The notes below the pieces were generated by a model. It was given only the letters and a program-made list of their open reading frames with translations, did no database searches and was not told where the DNA came from. A stretch of 64,000 nt of DNA from Vitrella brassicaformis CCMP3155 (lineage: Eukaryota > Protista > Chromerida): the NCBI GenBank assembly GCA_001179505.1, contig CDMY01000286.1:70346-134345 (forward strand), written 5' to 3'. Position numbers and translations under genes: made by a program. Numbering within the stretch: the first letter of the stretch is position 1; every line of letters starts with the position of its first letter. Shown in pieces: positions 12,083 through 23,802 of this stretch.

Positions 12083-13550
12083 ATGCGTGGGTTGGCCCAC
12101 CGGCTGGTCCCCGCATGCCTGCCGCCTCTCGCTATCCCACCGCAACCACTCGCCGCGGGCAGATCTGCGCTTGCATCCCCAAGATGTGTGCGGCACCTGG
12201 CAACATCACGCAAGGAGGAGGGGGAAGATGACAGCACTGGCAGCAGCAGCAGCAGCGATGACGTGAGTGTGGTGAATGAGGGTCAGCGGGCGGTGGACGA
12301 GAGGAAGATAGGATAGTCTAAGAGAGAGGTCGACGACGGCCGCACGGAGCGACTCATCATTGGCATGGTGAGAGCAACGCAGACGGACGGAAGAACGGAT
12401 GAATGGCTGGCTGCACTGCCGCAGTAATCAATGTCGGCGTGTGTGCTGTGCTGGTCAGGATGAAGGTGCGGTCTCGCGTGCAGAGGAGGGAGTGCTGCTG
12501 CAGAGGTGGCGACGTGGCATACAGATCTACCCAGGTGGGTGGGTGCCACTGACGGAACCAAGCCCAGCACATCTCACACACTCGCACATCCATTGTGTGT
12601 GCAGGTGGCCCTGTTGACCGCTATCTGCCTCCAATGGACCCTTCGCGCTTCCTTGTCGAGCCCGACAAGCTGACGAGAGAGAAACAACGATTCCAGGTAC
12701 TGCCAAATCACACACCCTGGATGGCCGACGGTGTTGTCTGTGCTGCCTCCCACAGGTGTTCTTCGCTGCCTTCCCCTGGCTGACCTTTCTGGCCATGCTG
12801 AGCTGAGCGCTCCTTTCGCCCTCGTGGCCACGTTGCTGCCACGGCTGGACGAGAAGGCACGGGCCAGCTTGGCGTCTGAGTCAGAGGAGCTGCTGCGGCT
12901 CTTCCGCGTCCCCGAGTTCGCCATTGTCCCATTCAGGTGCGTACGGAACAGACAGTCAGACGGACGCACACGCACACGCATACCCATACCCGGCGTGTGT
13001 TGGTGTGCTGATCGGTTTGTGCACAGGGCGTTGGTTGACGTCATAGAGCGTCCCCTGCACTCGCTGATCATATTCTTCCACCGTGACGTCTTCGGCACCT
13101 ACGCCCTCCTGCCGCTGCTGGTCGACCTCGCCAGGCTGTTCAGGAACCACAACATGCCCGTGGCTGTGGTGGCGGTCGATTTGGCCGGCAGCGATGTGCC
13201 CGACACACACAGAAAGAAATTCCCACCCGCCCTGTCGCCATTCAGCAGGTGTGTGTGAGGATAGAGAGACACACGGGGGGGAGGGGGGGCGAGAAACGAA
13301 TGTGTGTATCCTCTGTGTGTTTTGGCTGGATGTGTATGTGTAGGTGTTGTGTCCCTACAGCCAGTCTGGCGAGCCGGGGCTGCTGGACCACGACGGCCCC
13401 TGGAACGCTGTGGAGATCGTCAAGACGGTGGAGAGCCAGGTCAACATCCCCGACACACAGCACGTCTACAGGGATGCAAGAGTAAGCGACAGCGAATGCA
13501 CAGCCACCCACCCATCCACACCTCTCTTTGTGTGTGTGTCTGTGTTGTGA
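12083..13550 (+). CDS. Multi-exon protein with C-terminal thioredoxin/PDI-like fold lacking CxxC; mitochondrial-type leader; 3' end uncertain
   Basis: Leader MRGLAHRLVPACLPP..RCVRHLATS. C-terminal SLIIFFHRDV..VAVVAVDLAGSDVP..FP..LYSQSGEPGLLDHDGPWNAVEIVKTV follows the thioredoxin beta/alpha pattern. Confidence 0.5.
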
Positions 13551-14590
13551 TGGTTTCTGGCTCGACTTTTAATCAGCTCAGTCATGTGTTGTGGTTTATG
13601 GCTGTCGTTGAATTTGGCTGAACAGCATGACTTTTAATCAATCACCCGTTGATCGCTGTCGCCGTCTGTGTGTTGTGGGCACATTTTGCTCTCATTTGGA
13701 TGCGTTTGAGAGCAAACATGTATGAGAGCGCATCATATGTGGACAAACAAATTCGCAAATGTGTCTCATCTAATGGATGTGTGTCTGGTTTGCACGTGTC
13801 TCTGGTCGGTCTCTCATCCACCCCGCCCCCGCCCTGCCCCTCCCTGCCCCTCCCTGCCCATCACACGCCACTCACGCACTTATACACACATCAGCAGGCA
13901 GTGCAGTCACTTGACATCGACAGAATGATGAGATCAGAGCGCACACGCACCAGTGCAGACAGCGAAACACCCAGGTCAGGTCAAGTCAAATCGTGTCAGC
14001 GCTCGACGCACCGACGTCTAAGCAAAGCACTGAAATGAACAAAAACTAACGTACGAATGTTCAGGCTATGCAGGAAGAGAGCTGTTTGTTTCATTCGCAC
14101 ACAACGAAGAGCAGACCCAGGGGACTAGGCTGCGGGAGGCAGTGAGTGGCGAGGCGCTGCCGGCCGCCCAGTGAATGAATCAACGAAGGCCTACCTACAC
14201 CTACACATCACTCTCACCGACCAGGCCGGAGCACAGGACAGTAAGTACAGCACAGTAGACCAACATGCACATACCGATACACATACGCCGAACAGACAGC
14301 AGGCAGCCAGGCAGCCAGCCAGGCCGTCTTTCCCCCGCCAAGGGAAGGGGGGCGCTGCCAGCTTGGGTGGGTGAGGGAGTGGCAGAGATGTAGCTCGGGC
14401 AGCAGGTGGGCATGGGGGAATGGCTGGCAGCAGCAGTGATCGTGATGCCTTGAAGGCTCCCCATTCGTCAACAGAAAAGAGTGGATGACCAAGTTGGGGA
14501 TCAGAGAGAGCCTTGTTTGGTCAGGTGAGAGAGGGAAAGAAGCAGACGAGGGAAAGAAGCAGACAGATCCCTAAGCAGATCCCTAAGCTG

Positions 14591-14642
14591 AGGGTAAGCA
14601 ACCCTGAACTACCCTCAACCCTAAGCCCTAATGTCTGCCTCC
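14591..14642. promoter_or_regulatory. Palindromic AGGG-Nx-CCCT / telobox-like promoter module
   Basis: agggtaagcaaccct...aaccctaagccctaatgtctgcctccg. It shares 'ccctaatgtctgcctccg' with the module upstream of the gene at 44439. Confidence 0.45.
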
Positions 14643-14698
14643 GCTGCGTTTGGCTGCTTCGAGGATATATTTCTCTCTATTGCACTCTATATTGTCAT

Positions 14699-15260
14699 GC
14701 AAGTGTTCTGTGTCAGTCGGGCCACACACGTGCGTACACATCAGGGCAGGAGAACGACTAACACACAGGTAGAGCCACACTCACTATTCATTACAGTCAG
14801 TCCAACACCGCACACACACTTCAGCAAAGAAACACAGCCACACACACACCAATACACACACAGGGGCACCAGCAGTGTGCCGGCAGATCAGCTACACTTA
14901 AGATGTCAAGGCAGGACAGACGCACAGGCAGACACACAGACAGACATCCAAACACGGCACATCACATGCACCACACCAGACAGCACACCGACACATGGAC
15001 AGGCTCACCACAGACACACGGGCACACACATGCAGTCACGTCAGCCACACACAGGCAGGCAGGCAGGCAGGCCATGTCGACACATTCCAAATCACAGTAT
15101 GTAACAACACCATCCATAAATCACGAGAGAGAACAGGCCAACACACACGCAGTGTGCGCAGCAGGGCAGACAGCCAGCCCGACCAGAAGTCGTTACTACC
15201 AGAGAGAGACTAGTTCCGTTGCGCACATACAGCCACACACATACAGGCAGCCACACGCAC
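14699..15260. repeat. Segmental duplication: aquaporin 3' flank, copy A (copy B 16063-16622; partial copy C from 22141)
   Basis: Near-identical ~560 bp. Copy B differs by a few substitutions (e.g. gcagggcagac vs gcagtgcagac). Confidence 0.95.
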
Positions 15261-15347
15261 ATCACATAGGCAGGCACACGCAGCACACACTGTGGCTACT
15301 CTATGGGTGACCACACAACGACCCATCACGCCACACCACCGATTTAG

Positions 15348-15762
15348 CTACTTGTCCTTCTTCCCGCCGTATTCGGCGGGTCGGACAGCATAGAAAATGG
15401 CGGCTGCCAGCGCCGCGCCGACGAGCGGTGCGGCAAGGTAGAGGCCGATGTAGTCCCAATGGCGGCCCTCGCTCTCCATTGTCAAAACGTGTGTGATTGT
15501 GACGCCGAACGAGACGGCGGGGTTGAGTGAGCAGCCACTCACGCCCCCAATGGCGATGGCCGCCGACCCCACGGTGCTGCCGATGGCCAGGCCGAAGTAG
15601 TGGTTGGGTGTGTCCTGATTGGTCGTCGCCACGTTGAGGATCACGAGACACAGGGCACACGTGTACAGGATCTCCACCAGGCAGGCCGACATGATGGTGC
15701 CCCGCTTGTCGTCGATGGGCTCTAGGGCGAACGAGGCGCCCAGGACGCCAGAGTACGTCAGG
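15348..15762 (-). CDS. Aquaporin (MIP) 3' portion, cut off by a gap; appears identical to 22405-22819
   Basis: ...GCSLNPAVSFG...YLAAPLVGAALAAAIFY...KKDK*. The DNA matches the complete copy. Confidence 0.85.
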
Positions 15763-16062
15763 NNNNNNNNNNNNNNNNNNNNNNNNNNNNNNNNNNNNNN
15801 NNNNNNNNNNNNNNNNNNNNNNNNNNNNNNNNNNNNNNNNNNNNNNNNNNNNNNNNNNNNNNNNNNNNNNNNNNNNNNNNNNNNNNNNNNNNNNNNNNNN
15901 NNNNNNNNNNNNNNNNNNNNNNNNNNNNNNNNNNNNNNNNNNNNNNNNNNNNNNNNNNNNNNNNNNNNNNNNNNNNNNNNNNNNNNNNNNNNNNNNNNNN
16001 NNNNNNNNNNNNNNNNNNNNNNNNNNNNNNNNNNNNNNNNNNNNNNNNNNNNNNNNNNNNNN
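15763..16062. other. Assembly gap (N run)
   Basis: Run of N. Confidence 0.99.
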
Positions 16063-16643
16063 GCAAGTGTTCTGTGTCAGTCGGGCCACACACGTGCGTA
16101 CACATCAGGGCAGGAGAACGACTAACACACAGGTAGAGCCACACTCACTATTCATTACAGTCAGTCCAACACCGCACACACACTTCAGCAAAGAAACACA
16201 GCCACACACACACCAATACACACACAGGGGCACCAGCAGTGTGCCGGCAGATCAGCTACACTTAAGATGTCAAGGCAGGACAGACGCACAGGCAGACACA
16301 CAGACAGACATCCAAACACGGCACATCACATGCACCACACCAGACAGCACACCGACACATGGACAGGCTCACCACAGACACACGGGCACACACATGCAGT
16401 CACGTCAGCCACACACAGGCAGGCAGGCAGGCAGGCCATGTCGACACATTCCAAATCACAGTATGTAACAACACCATCCATAAATCACGAGAGAGAACAG
16501 GCCAACACACACGCAGTGTGCGCAGCAGTGCAGACAGCCAGCCAGACCAGAAGTCGTTACTACCAGAGAGAGGCTAGTTCCGTTGCGCACATACAGCCAC
16601 ACACATACAGGCAGCCACACGCGCCAGCAGCCGTGGGCGGCAC

Positions 16644-18553
16644 CTACTCCTCTGTAGGCGCCTCCGTCGTGGTCGGGAAATCCGTCGTCGTCGGAGCCTC
16701 CGTGGGGGTCCATTTGCAGTCGACGCACGTGACGGCGGTCAGTGCGTTGAGCTGGCCCCCCGTCACGCACAGGCCCTCGAGCGAGTCCATCTTCTCGGAA
16801 GTCGACAGAATGCGATGCTTGATGTCGCGAAAGCTCTGCGTCGGGTCCATCGACCACAGAAGGGCAGCCAAACCTGAAGTCACAGAGAAACAAACAGTCG
16901 ATTGGAATGCCTAACTGGGGACATCACATAGCATCCCTCAGTGCTTCCATGCCTACCAGCCACGAAGGGCGTTGCCATGCTGGTGCCCCGCATTGCCTCA
17001 TACTTGCCACCCGGCACCGTCGAGGCGATTTTCGTCCCCGGCGCAAAGACGTCGACACTCCTGAGGCCGTAATTGCTGAAGGACGCCTTCTCGCCGTCCT
17101 CATTCGTCGCGCCGACGCTGATGATACTGTCCAGCTCATACGATGAGGGGTAGTGTTTCATGTCGCCGTCATTGTCGTTGTCGGTGTTGCCAGCTGCGGC
17201 GACGAACAGCATGTTGGCCTCCTCTGCCTTCCTGATAGCCGCCTCGAGCGCCCTGTTTGGAGCAGAGCGGACCATTCCCCCCCAGCCGTTGCTTGTGAGG
17301 GTGGCCCCCATGGCAACCGCATAGTTGATCGCCTGGATGGCGTCAGAAGTAGAACCTCGACCACCCTGATGAAAAGGCACAGGCATGTGATTTAAGTGCT
17401 CGGCAACCCTCCATTTGCTCGACTTACGCAGAGGAATTTGAGTGCCATGATCGTTGTTCTGCCAAAGGCGACACCTGCGATGCCTGCGATGCCCTCTTGG
17501 TTGTTGGCGGTGGCCGCTATGACAGACAGACAGACAGACAGACAGATGTTTATGCAATGTGTGTGCAGAGATGGCAGCATGCTTATTCATTCACTCACCG
17601 ATCGTTCCAGCAGAGTGGGTGCCTGTGCGGCCATCCTTCTCCATAGGATCGCCGTCACCCGTTGGCGGGCTGCTTGATCCGTCGCACCAAGCCCAGCCGT
17701 GAATGTCATCAATGAAGCCGTTACCTGCACACAGACACATACAGACGCAGGAATGCATGCAGATCGTGTGTGTGTGGATGTCCCTCCCTGTTGCCTCCCT
17801 CCCTCCCATCACCCCTCCCTCCCTACCGTCGTCATCGATGCCGTTGCCAGCGATCTCGCCTTGATTGACCCACATGGCGTCCTTGAGGTCCGGGTGATTG
17901 TAGTCGACACCGCCGTCAATCACCCCGACCACCGTAGTACCATTGCCCACTGAGTCGGCCCCACTGTCCGTCTCCTGCTGCTGCTCAGACAGGAAGGCCC
18001 ACGCCTCGGGCATATCGATGCTGGCCATCCCCCACTGCTCCTCAAAGACTGGGTCGTTGGGCAGCCATCGGTCCTGTGCTGCCGCGGGGCGCTGTAGCCT
18101 GCGAACAGAAGTCGGCGCAACAAGGGCATCCGGCTCGCAGACGTCGATCTCATCCGACGCCAGGAGGGCGGCCTCGCATGTGGCCGCTGCATCGACACCT
18201 GGCGGCAGATCCACCACGTCCATGGCCAAGCTGTTGAGGTGGTGGATTGTCGTCTCAGCCGTGTACACGGTGGTCTCGGCTGACAGGGCGGCCTGCAGTG
18301 CCCTCGAGATGCCTCCCGCTCGAACGAGGCCGTCGGTGTGTGCTGACTTGAGCTTCACGATGATGCGGTTGGTGCCGGTTGCCGCTGGACGCGATGGCGG
18401 ACTGCTGAGGGCACGGACAGTCCCAGCTCCATCACCACTCACCAGGCTGAATGTGCTGTAGGACACCACAGGGGTCTTGTTTGCAGAGCACTGACTGGCC
18501 ACCAGGGACAGGGCGACCAGCAGAGTCCACACGATTCCCGCAAGCTGAGCCAT
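16644..18553 (-). CDS. Secreted subtilisin-like (S8) protein with propeptide and Thr-rich tail; canonical catalytic His replaced
   Basis: Signal peptide MAQLAGIVWTLLVALSLVASQCSA and I9-like propeptide. Asp motif VIDGGVDYNHPDL, GRTGTHSAGTI where GHGTH is expected, oxyanion AAAGN and GTSMATPFVAG. Tail TTEAPTTTDFPTTTEAPTEE; about 5 exons. Confidence 0.9.
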
Positions 18554-19056
18554 TGCCTGCCGACGATAGATAACAGGACGATAGAGAGCGATGATCAAGT
18601 CGTCGAGGAAGGATCAAGGTGACGATGCGAAGAGAGGGCGAGGGAAGTGGGAAGTAGGTAGACTGGAAGGTGGAAAGTGAAGATCTGCACAGATCTGGTA
18701 TGGGACAGGTCAGGAGGGAGGGATGGATGGGGAGGGAGGGAGGGAGGGAGGGAGGGAGAGGAGGGATAGACTCCATAGGTTTCGCGCCATGGGTTAGGAA
18801 TGTACGCGGCACTTTTAATTGAACTGGGCTAATGCACAAAGCTTCCGCTCGCCTTATCTCGCTGCGGGGAGAAGGAGAGATGGGGAGGAGGGAGGGAAGG
18901 AGAGAGACCCCAGAGAGACCCCAGCGTTTGCACCGGTCTGCATCAACCACAGATCTTCACCTCCCGCCTTCTCGCCTTCTACTTCGCCTTCTCAGCGACT
19001 CCTGTCTGTTTCGCTGCACCCAAAGCATCACCACTCTCGATTGTCTGTTATCATCC

Positions 19057-19404
19057 ATGGCTCTCTTCTCCCGCCTGACGCTCTTCGTCCTCGCCGCTCT
19101 GCTGGTGGCGACCAGCATGGCCCAGGAGTGCGTGACGGACTCCGACTGCCCGTCTGGCGAGGTCTGCTACACGGATGATTCGGACGACAGGTGGTGCAAG
19201 ACAGAGGATGACTGGAACACAGCCGGTACGCAACTGCTCACGCCCTGAGCGGCATGCATCCCTATCTCTCTTTGTGCTGTTATGTGGCGTACAGGGTTGC
19301 TGTTATTGCTGGTGTTGGCGTATCTAGCGCACTACTGGTGGGTGGTGGTTCTTGTGCTTTGTGCTGTTGTTGCGTTGATTATTGTGTGTTGCTGCGGACG
19401 GTAG
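19057..19404 (+). CDS. Small Cys-rich type-I membrane protein (Shisa-like architecture), copy 1, with premature stop relative to its paralogue
   Basis: MALFSRLTLFVLAALLVATSMA|QECVTDSDCPSGEVC..RWC, a phase-1 intron (about 19227-19294), then TM LLLLLVLAYLAHYWWVVVLVLCAVVALIIVCCCGR*. TAG at 19402 stands where the paralogue has AAG, and RSPRVQTMPM/YVSSQPAPMP homology continues after the stop. Confidence 0.7.
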
Positions 19405-19796
19405 CGCTCGCCAAGAGTGCAAACCATGCCAATGTGAGCGAGCCAAAGGAATGGCTGAACAAACAAAGCCATCAAGGTTCCTTGGGGTGTGTGTTGTGTT
19501 GTGTTGTGTTCAGGTACGTGTCGTCTCAGCCAGCCCCAATGCCCGCCGTTCCTTCGTTCCACCCCACACCCTGCCTGCAGTTCACTCAGTACCCGTCTGC
19601 CCGCCTGGGATGTGTCGTGTGCTGTGCTGTGCTGTGCTGGGTGTGCGTCACTGTTCTTTCATTAAGCGTGTTGGTAAATAGATACGTGTGCGCGCGTGTG
19701 TGTGTGTGTGTGATGCGTCTGCACTGCATCGTCCTGCCCTTGGCCTGTTGTGGGTCTGTACTGAGTCTCTGTTCATCGCAGAGATGAGACTGAATC

Positions 19797-20471
19797 GTCC
19801 GGATGGGTGTAGTCGACACCGGTGTCAATCACCCCGACCACCGTACCTTTGCCCACTGAGTCGGCCCCACTGGCCGTCTCGTGCTGCTGCTCAGACAGGA
19901 AGGCCCACGCCTCGGGCATATCGATGCTGGCCATCCCCCACTGCTCCTTGAAGATTGGGTCGTCGGGCACGAAGCGGTTGGGCTCCTGTGCTGCCCGGGC
20001 GCGCAGCCTGCGGCCAGAGGCCGTCGTCACAACGGCATCCGGCTCGCAGATGTCGATCTCATCCGACGCCAGGAGGGCGGCCTCGCATGTGGCCGCTGCA
20101 TCGACACCTGGCGGCAGATCCACCACGTCCATGGACAAGCTGTTGAGGTGGTGGACCGTCGTCTCAGCCGTGTGCACGTTGGTCTCGGCTGACAGAGAGG
20201 CCTGCAGTGCCCTCGAGATGGTCTCTGCGCGGGCAAAGCCCTCGGTGTGTGGGTGCTTGAGCTTGACGATGATGCGGTGGATGCCAGCTGCAGCAGCAGG
20301 ACGCGTTGGCGGACTGGTGAGGGCACGGACACTCGGCTGGTCGTGTGCAGCTCCATCACTCAACAGGCTGAATGTGCTGTAGGAAACCACGGGTGTCTTG
20401 CTTGAGGGCTGACTGGCCACCAGGGACAGGGCGACCAGCAGAGTCCACACGATTCCCGCAGGCTGACCCAT
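19797..20471 (-). pseudogene. 3'-truncated subtilisin paralogue (signal peptide, propeptide and catalytic Asp motif only)
   Basis: MGQPAGIVWTLLVAL... closely matches the 18553 gene up to VIDTGVDYTHPD. It then runs into the 3' trailer of the 19057 gene and stops (DSVSSLR*). Confidence 0.85.
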
Positions 20472-20893
20472 TGCCTGCCGACGATAGATAACAGGACGAT
20501 AGAGAGCGATGATCAAGTCGTCGGTGAAGGATGAAGGTGATGATGCGAAGAGAGAGGGCGAGGCAAGAGTAGATCACTCGGAAGGTTCGAAGCGGAAAGT
20601 GAAGATCTGAGACGATATCTGCGAGATAGAGGGAGAGAGAGAGAGAGGAATGGGTGGATGAATGGATGGACGGAAGGGAGGGAGGGATGAGGAGTTAGAG
20701 CAGGGAGAGGGAGGAATCCATGAAACCGCCGGAGGGATGGAGGCATCTCCTCATTCCCACCACCATCAGCACTGTTCAACCGCAGATCTTCACCTCCCGC
20801 CTTTTCTTCTTCTCCCGACTCGCTCCCTCTGTCATCTCCGCTGCACCCAAGAGCATCAACCACTCAACCACTCTCGATTGTCTGTCATCGTCC

Positions 20894-21481
20894 ATGGCTC
20901 TGTTCTCGCGCCTGACGCTCTTCGTGACCCTCGCCGCTCTGCTGATGGCGACCAGCATGGCCCAGGAGTGCGTGACGGACTCTGACTGCTCGGATGATGA
21001 CTTCCCCTACTGCGTGAAGTTTGATGATGGAGAAAGGCGGTGCCAACATGTGGACTGTGCACATCCGACGATTTGGGGGTGTTCGGATGACGACGATGAC
21101 GACGATACCAACTGTAACCACATGAAGACAGAGAGCTTACTGGGCGTCAGTCAGTCATCCCTATTCCTCCCTCCTGTTCTGCTGTGTGGCGTGTCAGGGT
21201 GGTTAATTGCCATCATAGTGCTGGTAATTGTTCTTCCGGTTTGTGGCGTTGTTGCGTTGATTATTGCGTGTTGCACATGTTGGGCGGCGCGGAAGCCCGC
21301 GCCGAGAGTGGTGATGATACAACCAAGGCCAATGTGAGACAGCAAAACGAACAAACAGGGCACACTGCAACACGCATCCATCATCGTGTGTGCCGCCATC
21401 AACTGTGTCGTTCGTTGGTGTGTGTGTTTTGTTTTCAGGTACGTGCCCTCCCAGCCAGCTCCAACTCCCGCCTGTGTGTAG
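20894..21481 (+). CDS. Small Cys-rich type-I membrane protein (Shisa-like architecture), copy 2
   Basis: Signal peptide, 6-Cys ectodomain ECVTDSDC..YC..RRC..DC..GC and 84-nt phase-1 intron 21114-21197. Then TM WLIAIIVLVIVLPVCGVVALIIACCTC and Pro-rich tail ...IQPRPM/YVPSQPAPTPACV*. Confidence 0.75.
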
Positions 21482-21840
21482 GCCCGGCTACCACTGCAAG
21501 CACGGGAAATGTAAGTGTGGCAGTTCCACAGGCAGACAGACACACACGCGTGCCCATCGTCAGTTCACATGCCCTCTCTCCGTGTCATGTGTGCTGCGTT
21601 CAGGCTTGCTTCTCCAGACTGCATTCGTCTGTCTGTCTGCCTGTGATTATGTGTCCGTCACTGGTCTTTCATCAAGTGTGTCGACAGATGCGAGTCCATG
21701 TGTGTGTGCGTGTGTACAGAACTGATCTGCCTTGCTGTGCGTATGCGTGTATATGTGATGCGTCTGCACTGGATATATAGTCCGACTGGCGTGCGGCGCC
21801 CTGCCCTTTGGCTGTGTGACATGTGGTGGTTTACTCGTGT

Positions 21841-22140
21841 NNNNNNNNNNNNNNNNNNNNNNNNNNNNNNNNNNNNNNNNNNNNNNNNNNNNNNNNNNNN
21901 NNNNNNNNNNNNNNNNNNNNNNNNNNNNNNNNNNNNNNNNNNNNNNNNNNNNNNNNNNNNNNNNNNNNNNNNNNNNNNNNNNNNNNNNNNNNNNNNNNNN
22001 NNNNNNNNNNNNNNNNNNNNNNNNNNNNNNNNNNNNNNNNNNNNNNNNNNNNNNNNNNNNNNNNNNNNNNNNNNNNNNNNNNNNNNNNNNNNNNNNNNNN
22101 NNNNNNNNNNNNNNNNNNNNNNNNNNNNNNNNNNNNNNNN
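21841..22140. other. Assembly gap (N run)
   Basis: Run of N. Confidence 0.99.
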
Positions 22141-22404
22141 TTTCCAAATCACAGTATGTAACAACACCATCCATAAATCACGAGAGAGAACAGGCCAACA
22201 CACACGCAGTGTGCGCAGCAGGGCAGACAGCCAGCCCGACCAGAAGTCGTTACTACCAGAGAGAGACTAGTTCCGTTGCGCACATACAGCCACACACATA
22301 CAGGCAGCCACACGCACATCACATAGGCAGGCACACGCAGCACACACTGTGGCTACTCTATGGGTGACCACACAACGACCCATCACGCCACACCACCGAT
22401 TTAG

Positions 22405-23384
<980 letters not shown>

Positions 23385-23802
23385 ACTGCTCAACCAGCGG
23401 TGTGGACAGACAGACACGCTGCTGTTATCGCTCCGGAGGCAGCTTGCTGGTCGGTGGCTGGATCCTTGGAGAGGGAGGGAGAGATTCCGCGGAAAGGCTT
23501 GTTTCCTGCTGGCACAGGAGATCACATAGCCAAGGGTGACGTATACACATGGCTGGTGGCACCCCAGGCATCCCCGTCACTCCCCTGCTTACCTCGTGCG
23601 TTTGTTTGTGCCGGGAAGGAAAGATCTGCGGTTCCTTGAGAATGCGGATGTCAAGAGGGTGATGATTCCGATGCGATGAACGCCTTTTCCTCTCTCCCTG
23701 TCCCTCTCTCTCTCTCCCCCCTTCGTTTCTCTCGCTGAGTTAGGGCATGCTGTGAAACGAACTGGTGGGCGTCGAGCTGGCGCGTGCTGTCTCCGCTGAT
23801 GC

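Noticed and set aside
14561-14630. Interstitial telomere or chromosome-healing site
   Set aside because: Only a few degenerate CCCTAA units are present, which are better explained as the recurring promoter module.
14631-16914. His/Thr/Gln-rich plus-strand ORFs
   Set aside because: They are translations of (CA)n/(CAGA)n microsatellite flanks with no coding signature.
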